From NCBI GenBank assembly GCA_030141605.1, contig JAQGDQ010000455.1, positions 63,750 to 127,749 on the forward strand: a stretch of DNA of 64,000 nt, in the 5' to 3' direction. The position numbers were made by a program, and so were the translations under genes. This document shows, one piece after another, positions 25,086 to 38,777 of this stretch (its first letter is position 1; every line of letters begins with the position of its first letter). Below the pieces are notes generated by a model. That model did not search any database, was not told the DNA's origin, and saw only the letters and a list, made by a program, of their open reading frames with translations. Source of the stretch: Tubiluchus corallicola. Taxonomy: Eukaryota > Animalia > Priapulida.

Positions 25086-25507
25086 GAGTAGAGGAAAAAT
25101 CACTGTTACTAAGACAAATAGAAAAGGGTATAAGTGCTAAGAATAAGTACTATACAAGTACTAAGACAAGTATAAAAATACAGGTTCAACGTGCGTACAA
25201 AATACATGTGAGCTTTGAGTCTGGGAAATTGACTCAGCGCGTGTCGACAAAAGATTTCCCATATTGATTAGCTCACCCAGTCAACGAGCCAACTGTGAAT
25301 CAGTTGTGAATTAAGGGATTGATTAGAGGATGGCGTTTTCGTTTTTTGGCTAGCTTAAGCTCGAGGTTTTTTAATGATGAATGACTCTGGATTTTTTAGA
25401 CGTGAAGAGTTTGCTTTGTATTCTGTCTGCCACCATTAGCAGTGTTTTTTAAGTTTACGGTAACGTTACCGCGTATTGTCAAAGTAGTCGTCTGTAAAGT
25501 GTTAGAA

Positions 25508-28500
25508 ATGAACGTGATCCTTGCTGTCAAGCAGTATATATCGAGGATGATTGAAGAAAGCGGACCTGGCATGAAAGTATTGTTAATGGATCGCGAAACA
25601 GTTAGTTTGAATTTTGTGCTTTGTTTGTCATTAAACTTTTGGTTGAATAAATCACAATTAATATTTTGTAGCCTGCCTAATTATTGTCGGACCTGCCAAA
25701 TATTCTATGTAAACTGAGTGTAAAATGTAGAAATGTCTCTATTTGGCGGCACTCAGGGTAAAACACCCCTAGAAATCACATTTTATTAATATTAAGAACT
25801 GATTGATTCGTTTTTTAATATTGAACGGATCAATTTTACAGTTTAAAATCATAGTATGTGTGCAATAATGCACAGATAAGTTGTATTAATACCGGCAACT
25901 ATATCTATTAAGGCTTGGAACAGTCGCAAGTCATTGAAGGATTGAAGGTTGCATCATAATACAAAACTTTCCAGGACTTTGTCTGAGTTAATAATAACCT
26001 GAACTAGTTGTTTTTTTGTGAATTACTACTAATTTGGCACACTTTTATGTAAATTCTGACTCAGTCAACTATTATTTCAGATAAGTATTGTCAGCATGGT
26101 TTATGCACAATCAGAGATACTGCAGAAGGAGGTGTATCTGTTTGAAAAGATTGATTCTTCCAACAGAGAACAAATGAAGCATTTAAAATGCATTTGCTTT
26201 CTACGGCCCACAAAAGACAATGTACAGTTGCTAGCACAAGAACTGAAAGATCCTAAATATGGCTTATATTATGTCTGTAAGTATTCTTGCACAGAAACAG
26301 TAAAAATAATTTGTATTAATTTCATTGTAGGTTCTTTCACTATATTTTGAACATAAAATTATTGTAAATGTGTTATGTGAAATAAATGACTTATGATAAA
26401 AGTTTTATTAAATTTCGTGCTGAATACTTAAAATCAACTGTTAATCAACTTTATGAACTGTAACATAATCTTTTGCTTAGCTGCTAGTTTTAAATTGTAG
26501 GAAATGTAAGATACAGAGAGTGTGCATACAAGTTGTCTTCTTTCCAGATAAAGTTTCAGCAAAAAAGATTTGTATTCAAAAACTCAAATAAAATTTATAA
26601 TACAGTCTGTATCTGCAATAAATGAAACAGATCACATAAACAGCATAGACAAGTTGTTTTCCTAAAGCACAAGAAAACCCTCCACTTACATGAAGCTTAA
26701 AAAATTCGTCTCGAAATTTTATACCACTTACATACTACTTTTTCGTGTGCATGGCTTGCATCGGCCGTAACGCTGTATAAAACGTGTAAATTCAAATTCC
26801 CGCGTTGACCGTCATAAGTCTTTCCAGCAAGTAAGTGAACTGCTAAGTAATATAGATTGCACGGAAAGTTTTTTGAGTCATAATTTAACATTGCCTTTTC
26901 TTCCCTTGATTTACTTGTTTTAATGACGTCATGTAATAGCGCCGTCGGAACAGTTTTGCGGGAGATATAAAATGGGAACAAACGAAAAGTCCTTTCAATG
27001 CGAATACGATATGTGTATAAAATTGCTGTAAAGTAGTATAATTTTTTAAGGCGATTTTTCTGAAATCTACTTCAGGTGCCCCTTTTCTTGTCCTTAAGTC
27101 AAAACATTGTCTAATTGTTCATCGTACTTCATCACCCCAGCAACCAAGCAGAACTATGGGTGTTCTCAACAAGTAATTACTTCTTGAGTACCCCATGTGT
27201 CATTTGCACGGAGTGCCCCAGCTCGACTCCCATCACATGAGCACGACTAAAGTTGGGTTTCTTATCGGCTAGGTCAACTGTAGAAATAAACGGGTTGAAT
27301 CTTAGCTGAAACAGCAAGGCTCTGGGCTATAATTGTGTTTAATTTGTTAAAAATAGTGTGCTTTTTATAAATGTAACTAAATTGGCTTTTAGAAAAGTGT
27401 GATTAAAAAGAAAGCTAGTTAATAGCAAAACAGACATTTCAACTTTTATTTCATTTAATTCAAGGACAGTCATACTTTTTACTTTTCAACACTGAGTTAT
27501 GAGTTTATTATGAATGGTTTATTATTTCCAGATTTCAGCAATGTAATTAGTAAAGCTGATGTAAAGATTCTTGCAGAAGCTGATGAGCAGGAAGTTGTCA
27601 GGGAGATGCAGGTGGCATTTACAGAACTTTTTTTATATTATTTCGTGGTAATAAGTTGCTCCTTTAAACGTATCAGCTATTCACTTCAATGTTCATGTGT
27701 AAGCCTTGCATGCCATTGTTAGTACCACATTTTTGCAACTGTCGAGGTCTTCTACTAGCTGTGGCTGAGTTATGTACATTTTAGGTGTCTGACGAAAACC
27801 ATTGAGAATAGAAACAACAGTGTACAAGTGTTAAGTGTGTCTGCCACTTTTCAGTTTAAATTTCATTTTCTTGTTAAGTGGTTTATCAAAAACAGAAAAC
27901 ATGGTTTTTCACACATTTCACTTTTTCAAATATTCATGAAAATTGTTAAAAGACACGCTTCACCTGTTCACGTCTAATACGGGAATGTTGCCCTCTGCTG
28001 AGTAATTTGTGCAAGATTTATTAGGTAATGCCATAGTTGGCCTGACTGTAGTTTCTGTTGATGTGCTATTAAAATTTCCCTTAATTAATGTCTTTGTCAA
28101 TTAAATTTTTGTTGTCGTTATACTTACTTCACATAATAATAGTTCCGTATTCTTTTTCAAATACATAATTCATTTCAAACATGATGACATGGTTTTTCTA
28201 ATAAGGTTTTATGTTACTATGATCTTATAAATGAGTTTTATAATTTTCTTTTCCTAGGTAGGCTAAAGTAATTGGAATGTTTTCTTTAATACCTTTACAA
28301 ATTGTTTAAATTTCAGGAATTTTACGGAGATTTCCTGGCAGTGAGCCCTCATGTTTTTTCGTTCAGTGTTTCACCATCCTACCAAGTAAGTAGTTAAGCA
28401 AATGGAGACCAAAATTAGGAAACCAAGTGTTAACATTGTAGCAGGTAACCTGCTATTGCATTGTGCTGCCATCTGTAGTAAACAATTGAATTGATTAAAT

Positions 28501-30054
28501 GCCACATCTGCAAATAGTAAACTTTTGTTGTCTTCTGTTGTGTAATTAAAAGCTGTTTGTGACCAATATAATCACAAAGTCATGCACGCATGCAAACATA
28601 ATTATATAAACTCCATGCATGCTTTGATAGTGAGGTACTTTGTAAATGTATACTAGATTTTTAGTGTTTGAAGAAAGAAATTATTGTTTGATAATTCGTT
28701 GAACATGTAATTTATTGTTTCTCTTTCCCTTTTTAATTAACATCATTTTATAATAAAATTATCAGGGAGTGACATGGGCACCGATAGTTTTGAACAGAAT
28801 AACAGCTGGAGTGTCTGCGTTGCTATTGGCTTTAAAGAAATGTCCCATGATTCGATACCAGAATTCTTCAGAGATGGCGAAGCGTCTGGCTGAAAACATT
28901 CGGGTTTGTTTAATCCTAGTTTTTATCTTAGGCATTCGCCACATATAACAAATTTATAACGCTGTGTTCTGAAATGTGAAAAGATAATCGCTATAAAATC
29001 ATTTCGTATAACGATTTGCAGAGGGATCTTTGTTAGCTAACTTTACTTTTTGCATTTTTAATATTTTCTAACTGTTATATATAGTAATCTAGAGATTTAT
29101 AGTAATATATGCAATAATGCTGTTTTTAATTAGATAAGATAGGTCAGTCAGTAAGCGACTTGCAGGTTTATGAGTTCAAAGCAAATAATCAATTAAGCTT
29201 AGTAAGCTATTTTAGATTAACCAAGATGATTCCTGCAGGACCTAGACAGTCAGCATCTGAGAATTACGAGAGTTCCAGCAAGTTGATCTTTTCATTAAAA
29301 ACTAGGACAATGCCTATTTCTAATATTTATTAATTAATACTAATATCTATTTATTAATATGGCTGAAGCATATCTAGCGAAATTACTTAACTAGCAGATA
29401 TGACAAGGCATCTGTAGGGTCTGATTTTGCTCTTTCTTCACTGTGCATTAGTAGCCAGATTCTACTTGATGACAGTACATGAATCAATTTATAACATCAC
29501 ATATGCATATATATATTCAGTTTTAAATTTTTCCTTGGTATGTTATACGATTGATAAACTTTATGTACGTTTTAGCTCTGATATTACTATATGAACTATC
29601 AGTATAAATTTGTCTTCTTAGCAAATGATAAATCGAGAAGCTGCTTTATTCGATTTCCGAAGAACTGACGTACCACCTCTGTTGCTTATTCTTGATCGAA
29701 GAGACGACCCAGTTACTCCTCTTCTTAACCAGGTTGGTTGATTAATTAATCAAATTAGGGTAGTTAGTTAATAAGGGATTTTGTGTTTGTGTCAAAAAAG
29801 CAAGAACACAGTGTTTTAATTCATCACTATGGATTAACTTTAAGTGAAAAATAAAAAAGAAAAAAAAGCACAAATAGTTGATGAATAGGAGCCTGTCTTT
29901 CATTTCTATTAGATATTAATTTCAGTGTGCTAGGAATCCCGGTGACCCAAGTTTGTTTGCCCAACTTCTGTAACTGTTTTTTGCTTATCTATTTCTTGCT
30001 TATGCTAACTGCAAGAGAAATTTTACTGTAACCTTGCTAATAGAGGGTCTCCGT

Positions 30055-30091
<37 letters not shown>

Positions 30092-33000
30092 TGCATATGT
30101 GTGTGTGTAATCTTAAATTTTTAATAAATTATAATAAATAATTATAATAATAATTACTGTAACCGTGAGTAAAAACATTGATTGACTTTACTTCATGGAC
30201 AGTCACATTTTAGGTTTTATTTGTCTATTCTCAAAAACAATTTTTTGATACTAAAAATTTTAGAGCCATTCAGTGCTGCGAGGAATATCCTATTCTGGCA
30301 AGTAATTTGTGGGACATTTTAGGTTCATCAGTATGTTCATTTGTCCTATCTTTTGTGAAATACTTAGTAAAAGTAACATAAGTAGACTGTTTATGTACTG
30401 CAGGTCAAGTGTTTTCTTAAAAACTGGTTTTGCTCTTGTTTAGTGGACTTACCAAGCTATGGTACATGAATTGTTAGGCATTAAGAAAAATCTAGTCAAT
30501 CTGGAAGGTGTACCCGATGTTAGCAAAGATCTGAAGGAAGTTGTTCTTTCTCCTGAGCATGACGAATTCTATGCACGTGTAAGCAAAAACTGCTGATATT
30601 ATTTTGCTAATATATTTTATTCTGGACGTTATGAAGATATGTCAGGAATGTTAACAAATATCGCTGCTCGTACATTCTCTGGAGCAAGCCAGAAAGTATG
30701 CAGTCATATTCATTACACTGTTTTGAATTCCATTAATTATAAAATACGTGTAAAACTTATGTATTATATGTTTTTTTTATTAATAAGTTACCAAAATTAG
30801 TTTTGCGGCCCGCCGAAAGATTTTGTGCCCATGAAGGGGTTTGTCAGCCTAATGAAAGTGCGGCCCGGGCGATGAATTGAGTCACAAGTATCAGGAAGAT
30901 ATTTCCAGCTGAAGTCCGCGCTACGATCGCAAAGATAGTGCAGGTAGATTTTTTCCACTAGATCGGATGGCATTAACCCTTAAAAGGCGGTTGTCACTTA
31001 ATGTCACTGTCGGACATGACGAAATTTAACATTGCTTTGCTTGGAACACAAAAAAGCGATGTAATCACAGAACACAGCAAACTATCACGGAAGTCGCCAT
31101 TGAAACGCTCATATGTGCAAGAAATGCGAGAAGTAATCTGATTGGCTGGTAGGAAGACCAACCAGCCAATCTCTAGTCTTCTATTACCAGGCCGGTTGAT
31201 CAGCCCAGTTGTCTTCTTGGTCATAGCAGGTAGATCATTTTGACTTGGTTATTTTACAAAATAAATGGTAGATAAGTAAATTATAAGTAAATTTATAAAA
31301 TAACAAAGTCAAAATGAAATACCTACTATGACCAAGAAGACGACTGGGCAGATCAGTTTGTAAGTAGCCAGCAAGCTCAAAAAGTGTGGTCACCCCTGAT
31401 ATAGGGGGATTCCCAGATTTTAGTTTCTGCTTTGGCTCAGCAGTACTCGCCTCGATCAGTGGTTGTTTCATTGTTCATCAGGTGTAGTGTTCTTATAGAT
31501 CAGAAACATGGATAAGAAAAAGATAAGGTTGAAGAAGAACATCGAGTGTTTCAAGACAGATTAATATGCACTGTACTGCACAGACTGTGTGATACACTGT
31601 ACTAATATGCATTGTAATAAAATTACCACTACCTTACATGAAAGTTGAAATCTATGGCTTTTAATGTAAATTTTAATAACTTCTAAAATGGTTTTCTTGG
31701 GTGTAGTAGTAATGGTGTGTGGAAATCGAATGTAAAAAAATTGTTATTAGGTCCTACTGTTTTGGCTCCTTGACTAAACGGCATGCTGCCCACAGAAATT
31801 GTGGGAAAGTTTAAAGTGGCCCGGCTAGTCAGATAATTTGCACACCCGTGGTTTAAATTGTGGATGATTATTAAGAAATTATATATAATAAAAACGCGCT
31901 AAATGATAAGAAAAATGCTTTTCTGAAGCATCCATGAATAGTATATTATTTTGTTAGTTTTGTCTATTTTAATCAGAAGATAGCAAATTGTTTGTTTTCT
32001 TAGCAAATAGATGACCATAACAACAAATTTATTGTGGTGCCACAAACCCAAATACTAGGCCTACTATTATGTCACATTTGTCATACCAGATGTACTTATT
32101 AATCATATTTTGCTTTGCTTTGTCTAGAACATGTACCTCAACTTTGGTGAAATTGGTACCAACATTAAGGAATTAATGGAAGAGTTTACAGTGAAAACAA
32201 AAACTCAACAGAAAGTCGAATCTATTGCCGACATGAAGGTGGGCATATGTAGTGTGCGGCTTATTTAGTTTTGGCTGTCAGTGATTAACATACTTATATA
32301 TGACAGTCTTTTGTGCATCTCACGTAGTCTTTGCCGTCAGTGACTGATATACTTATACAGTAGGCGCCGCTTAATAGACTCATTTTGGGACCGAAGTGTT
32401 TTGACCCAGTTAACCGACTGAACCTATTGACCGATGGGTACAGTATTACTGGTATAGAGATGTAAGTCACCACCTTACTATACACTGCAAAGATTTTTAA
32501 TGAATTTTAGAAACAAAGTAAAGTCTAAGTTCCTTTGCACAGTTAAAAATTATAAAAAAAATATTTTAAAATATTTATTTATATAAGTGAATTAGCAATA
32601 AATTAAAAAGTATACTTTTTTAAATCACACAACTCTATTTATTTGCAAAAATTCCTTCAAAGTCGGGTGCTTCATTTTATCACGAAGAAGTTGGCCCACA
32701 AAGTTCTCAAAATGATAAAAACGTTGAAAATCTGTTGTTGTATGATGCACAAATTCTCGCAAAATACATAGTGCATACTTAAACTGTTGGTGATGCCTGT
32801 GTTTCCCCGCAGCTTCGTCTGTAGCTTTGCCTAAGCTCCATCTTGCTACAATTGTGACGTACTTACTGTACTGTATCTGCGCCCCTGGCATAACAGCAAC
32901 ATCTAACTGAGCGTAAACTTTCGGGCAAAGACTGCCAGAGCTTCAAAAGCAAACCGCTAAACAAGTGATTAAATGTTTAGCTTCCAGGAATTCTTGGGTA

Positions 33001-36000
33001 GCGAGGTTAATTTTAGTGGACCAGCGGGTCAAAGCAAACCATTAGGCTAGCATAATTAGGGTATGCTAAACGTTCCTGCTTACAAACAAGACATAACATG
33101 ATTGTTTCTACATATATTATGGGACAAAAGCCAACTAAGATGATATAAAAGTCTTGAAAGCTTATTAGTCACTTGAAATTGTCTTATTGAAGCATGTGAA
33201 GGAAAAAATTGAGTCAATTATGCTGAGTTATTTGAGTCAGTTACCGATAGTTTTTATGTATATTTAAATAGAAGCGGCCCGTACCTGGCGTTTTTGAGTT
33301 AATTAGGCGATTGAGTCTATTAAGCGGGGCCTACTGTGTACGACAGTCTCGTAACAATTTTAATTGTAGTGATTAAAAGGCAATTGTTGGATAATTACTA
33401 TTTTTTCAAGCGAACATACATTTTTCAAATGAATCATGTACTGTTTCAGGCATTCATTGAGAACTATCCGCAGTTCAAGAAAATGTCTGGTACCGTTTCA
33501 AAACATGTGACATTAGTTGGCGAATTGTCTCGACTGGTTGCAACCAGAAATCTTTTAGATGTTTCTGAGACTGAGCAAGAACTGGCTTGTCAAAATGATC
33601 ATTCCCAATCACTTCAGGTGGTGTATTATTAATTGCGCTATTATTGATTCTGTGAACTCGTTTTTTAATTTTTAAAGTATATGATTTAGATCAGAATTTA
33701 TTTTTGCTGAAACTACCCCATTTGCAAATCTATGTTTTGCAATGTATAGGCTTAATTATTGTCTAATAACTAACTTTACACCTATGATATTTTTATATTG
33801 ATTCTGTAATATTTTTTAGATAAATGCAACAACGACTAAATCAGTTATAAATGCAACATGACTGTGTTAATGAGTTCTTGTCGTTTGGGAAGAGTTTGAC
33901 CTGTATAAGAGCATCACAATTGTCAACTGTAAATAGGAGAATAGAGATTTCTCACATTCCTTTTAAACTTTGTTACTGATACTTCTTTCTTGTAATATCC
34001 ATAATGGGCATTCAAAGATGAATACTTGGAAATAGACTTTGCATTAGAGTCTTACCATCCAAATACCTTCTTTAGTTAAGTAAATCTACTCTTATCTTAA
34101 ATGCTAATGGTGTAAATTTTCACAGTAACAAATACCGATTTTCCTAGTTTTATTTTCATAGAAAATAAAGAAATTATTGAGCAGTGAAAGGATAACTGAT
34201 CTGGACTCAACACGTCTGGTCATGTTGTATGCTCTCAGGTATGAGAGACATAGCAACAACGACATTGTAGGACTAGAAGAACTTCTGCGCAAGAAGCATG
34301 TCCCAGAAAAACTGGTTAAGGTGAGAGAAATGCTTTACTGATTAGGTGTACAGTGCAGTATGTTCAGATGTCCTTTGTGGCTCATTGATGATGATGATAC
34401 TGACACTGATTATGATGGTGATGATGGTCATGGTAATGATGATAATGATGCTAAGATGTATTAGATTGATAATCTTAGCAATATTGGTGATGTCATATAA
34501 TAGCAATAAGTTAAATTTATGGATGTCGGAAGTGCTAGTTTATTGATAATTTAACTGAATGCAAAGAGTGCATATAAGTTCATCTTTCTATAAGTTCACA
34601 GTATTGTTGTTTTATCTGTATACTACACTGAAAAATTTTCAGATGGTAAGGGCTGTTCTGGATTTTGCTGGTAGCAGTGTAAAAAGCGGAGATCTATTTG
34701 GCAACGATGATGCAATCGCATTTACAAAAAAATTTTTGAAAGGTTTAAAGGTAAGACCTAGTTAAAGCATCAAACTAGCCTCTGAAAATGAAAAACTGCC
34801 CCCTTTGCTCCTTGTGATGTGCGATACATGTATTTCCTTGCATGCCTAAATGTCTGGCAAATTGTCATCCATTTTCATCAAGTCTAGGATCATGCCAGAA
34901 TCAGCTTAAGATCTTGTTAAGCTTGTATATCTATTTCGCCTCTTATGATGCTCTCATTGTTGTTGATTAGTAAAGTAGATGAAGCCAACATTTTCAAGTG
35001 TGTGCTTGTTCAATTTCTCTGTATTACTATAGTTTTAGACAGTTAAAAAAGTTGTAAATTTTGTAGTTTTTCTGCAACACATTGAATGAGCTTATGCTTA
35101 TTATTATATGTAAATGGTAATAAAGTTATTATGTAGGCCATAATAGCAGATAAATGACATCATAAGAAAATTGTAAGTTTGTAGGTTGGTTATTAATAAT
35201 AGTTATAATGCCACCAGAAAACATATATGATATAGTTTCATATCCATAATCAAATAAAAAATGATACATACTGTTTTTGTGCGATTACTTGGTACTGTTG
35301 CGTCTTCACATTCCCATAGACACAAAAACCTTCTGCATGATTATAAAATATGGTGGTCAAACTTTTAATCTCCTAAAGCTTTTCATTGCTGCTGCCACAG
35401 CCAATTAATCTCTCAGGAAAGGTGTGATTGCTATGTCCAGCATGTGGCGTCAGCAAGTTTTGGACAAATGCCGCGGCTGAACGGCTGTGCGGAGCATACT
35501 ACTGCATAGATTTGCATACAATACAGCTGGCATTTTGATGTTCACAGACTTACCCGGTGATTTTATAAAAGATCATTTAAATTATAAAAAAAATTATGTC
35601 AACGATGGCAAGTTGCTAAATGCCTCAAAAGCTCCTTTATAGAAATATCCATGTATATGCAAAATACATTGCACTCCTAGAGAAGAAAATGGCTCCTACC
35701 TTGTTGAGATATAGGCCAGTGTTTTTAGAAGTCAGAAAACCCACTTCTGTTTATTATCCAAGCCTGATAATTCTATCCAGGTACTAAATTATTACACATT
35801 ATTTTTGTTTACATTACTATGCCAGCAGTGAAAATTAAGTGTTGAACAAAGTGTTTTAAAAAGTATTTAGTCGAGTTTGTGGTCTTTTTGTCCACAAGTC
35901 TAGGAAAACACATGGTCAAGCAAGGTGTTGATGATTTTTTTGTCATCTATACAGTGGTTGTTATAGCAACAGCAGGTGGTAAAAAATTTGGATACTCGCT

Positions 36001-38330
36001 TAGGTCTAGAGTAAAAGTACGAACTTTTCGTGGCTCGAAACTTTTTGGGGCATGTAATACAAGTAACTGAACGTTTACTGCAAATAGTTGATTACAAAAT
36101 TTAATGATTTAAATTACTTTACTACCGTGCTGTATCTTTTGTACCTGTAAAGCAGGCAGGGTGAGTTTACAAAATGATTTTGGCATTACCATATGCAGTT
36201 CTAATGCCGATGATAATAGAACATAATTCTATGATATTGAACTGTTCAATAATTCACTGTTGTTAAACATAACTTGTGAACCCAAGTAATCTTATTTTGC
36301 TTTCAAGAGACAGTGATATTTGTGACATTTATAAGAACTTCTAATTTTCCAGTTGATCTGTATACTGACCGCCCGACTTGCTGGGCTTGTTTACATAAGC
36401 TGTGTACGTAATTGGCTCACAAGGTGGCTGGGGGTATGGCCTCGAGAGGTCAATTGTTATTGCCATCATTCTTAAATTTTTGTTTATCATTTGAAAAGGG
36501 CGTGGAAAATGTTTACACACAGCACAAGCCATATTTGGAGACAACCATTGACTTGCTGATAAAGGGGAAACTTAGAGAAGGGGCATATCCATATCTGGGC
36601 CCAAGCCAGCTCAGAGATCGGTAAGTGAAAAGATAAGCTGAACGGTCATAAAGAAAAGCAGTTAATAATTTAAAAAAGTCAGATTGTATGATAACTTCAA
36701 ATCGAATTGATTACATGGATCAACTTCAGACCAAATCACCTGTGGCAAAAGTAATCAAGATAAAACTAGTCAACTAGACTGTGCCTAGACTAGAAGTGCC
36801 ACATTAAGAATTGTAAATTGAAGCACTACTTTGAAAGACAGAGCCATAACATGCAACAATTTTAAATTTTTTTGTAATATAGACCATGAAAAAAGGTTAA
36901 GAATATTATGTTATTGTGCAGCATCGTATTTCAGTATAAGAAGAAACTGTATTGGTGTAGCTGGAACAGCATTTTATAAAATGACTTGGGTTTCATTATG
37001 TCAATGATTTTTTAGAAAAAAATTAAAGGACAAGAAAACGGAACTTCTAAGATAAATCTCAGAAAATCCAACTTAAGAATTATTTTGCTTAGTGACCAAT
37101 CTTACATTGTGTTTTTGTACTTTTTCCTGCAGCTGTATCCTTTAAGTGTGGCATTTCTTATGTGTCAATGATATAAAATCTAAAAACGTAGTTTTTGGTA
37201 ATTCTTTATGATTTCTTATTTTTTTGTTTACCCTTCCAAAGATAATCCAGTGTGATGGATTGAAATGTTGTCTTCTTTCTTTTTTTTGCATTGTGGAGTT
37301 TGTATTAATTGCATTCATTCTGATCATTAAAAGTTATTATCATGTTATCAAGGTATAACTACAGTAATTAAATGACTGATAATTTCATTGTGTTTCAGAC
37401 CACAAGATGTAATAGTGTTTATGATAGGAGGTGCAACGTACGAGGAAGCACTGTCTGTTCATACAATGAATAGAACTTATCCTGGTGTGCACATTGTATT
37501 AGGCTGTAGTACCATACACAATACTGTCAGGTAGGTAGAGTCATAATTCTAATAAGTGTTTGTTTTTTAAGCTAGATGTGTCATCATTGACAAGCTGGTT
37601 ATTCTGCTTCATTCAGAGATTTTAACATACTGCAAGCATGCGCAGTTTTGTGATCGTAATATGTCCTAGTTGTTCTTGATAAAACGAAATTACAATAGGA
37701 GTGCTTTCTTGGTCCAACCATTGGTGCGTGCAAAGCAAACAACTGTTAACTCGGGAACTTACAGAAAATGAAAACCTCGAGGGTAAATCGCCTGAGTGAG
37801 TGGTTTTGTAAGGTTGTCTAAGGCTAAACACCAAGTAGCATTTCTAGTTATGGCTTGTGAGTCAGTTAACTACAGTAGTGATACTTTGGTCTGTGCTTGC
37901 TGCTTAGAAATTAGAACCAGTTAGCACTATAGCCATCTGCAGTCAGATGTGTATGGATTATAAATACTTTTTTGCTTACTATAAGTTGCACCAGCAATCA
38001 CTAGTTGAACAACTAATCTCAATTTTTCTCAGAATTTTTATGCATGAAAATTTAAAAACAGTGGCGATTTGAAATATCTCACCAGAAGGCTTTTTGTGTG
38101 TAACACGCTTCCACACTAAGCCTTGTTGAAACCCGGTTTATATTTTTTTGATCTGCTAGACTAGTTTTTTTCTTCTATTTATCTGTACTGTGGAAGATAT
38201 TCCAAGCAAAAGTAAGCAAACAAACTAGATGCAGACATTTGTTTTCAGTTTCTTAGATGAAGTTGTTCAAGTATCTTCAGCTAGTAGTTACAAGAGTCGT
38301 CATTCTCTTCAGCGAGCACGGAGACCGTAG
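25508..38330 (+). CDS. VPS45: vacuolar protein sorting-associated protein 45 (Sec1/Munc18 family)
   Basis: 14 exons: 25508-25600 ([31 protein letters not shown]), 26081-26276, 27532-27611, 28317-28385, 28766-28903, 29622-29732 ([20 protein letters not shown]), 30444-30578 ([13 protein letters not shown]), 32128-32238, 33450-33617 ([15 protein letters not shown]), 34162-34320, 34643-34750, 36499-36620 ([11 protein letters not shown]), 37399-37530 ([17 protein letters not shown]), 38249-38330. All GT-AG with consistent phases; 1704 nt, 567 aa. Confidence 0.97.
30058..30086. repeat. (TA)n microsatellite
   Basis: Read directly from the sequence. Confidence 0.9.
30800..31850 (+). mobile_element. 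nested hAT-Charlie-like fragments with a transposase N-terminus remnant
   Basis: Charlie-style 3' ends GCGGCCCGGGCGATGAATTGAGT (about 30860-30882), AAAAGTGTGGTCACCCCTG (about 31380-31398) and GTGGCCCGG...TTTGCACACCCGTG (about 31816-31850). 31508-31560 reads [16 protein letters not shown] with one frameshift. Confidence 0.65.
32358..33336 (-). mobile_element. internally deleted pogo/Tigger element (979 bp) with a transposase C-terminal remnant
   Basis: TIRs CAGTAGGCGCCGCTTAATAGACTCA / TGAGTCTATTAAGCGGGGCCTACTG (24/25); flanks TA and TG. The minus-strand ORF 32625-32891 ends ...ALCILREFV...[10 protein letters not shown], similar to Tigger C-termini (KQ.T+.+F). Confidence 0.85.
34386..34450. 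repeat. degenerate (GAT)n microsatellite
   Basis: ATGATGATG-rich run; it explains the Met-rich spurious ORF 34346-34546. Confidence 0.75.
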
Positions 38331-38777
38331 GCAAATTTGCTAACCTCAGCAATACAAGACTACAGTCATGCCTGGATAATGTACAATTATCAGTTAGTAT
38401 TTAGTCAGGTTAAAGGAGTAACAACAGTTTGTCACTTCGTTAATATTACTCTAATGCGGCAAATGATGTGTTGCAAGAACATACTAATACACAAGAAGCT
38501 GGATGTATAAATCATGAATGTATATTTTAATTATTCATAGTCTTAATTAATTTTCAAGGTCATTCTTTATGGCGGCATTAACCCACAATTGTTAAATTTT
38601 GAAACCAAACTGGCTTTAAAGAAAGCAAAAAGATCGAATACGAAGAATCTTAATTGATTTAATTAAGAAAGGAAATGCAAGTAAAGGTCAATTTTCCTTT
38701 ACTCAGATAAGCTTTTTTTCAAAATACAACAATTTTAGGTTTATTCCATTGTAAATGCATATTTTATTATCTTTAAA

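Noticed and set aside
34346-34546. Met-rich hydrophobic ORF
   Set aside because: Translation of a degenerate (GAT)n microsatellite in a VPS45 intron.
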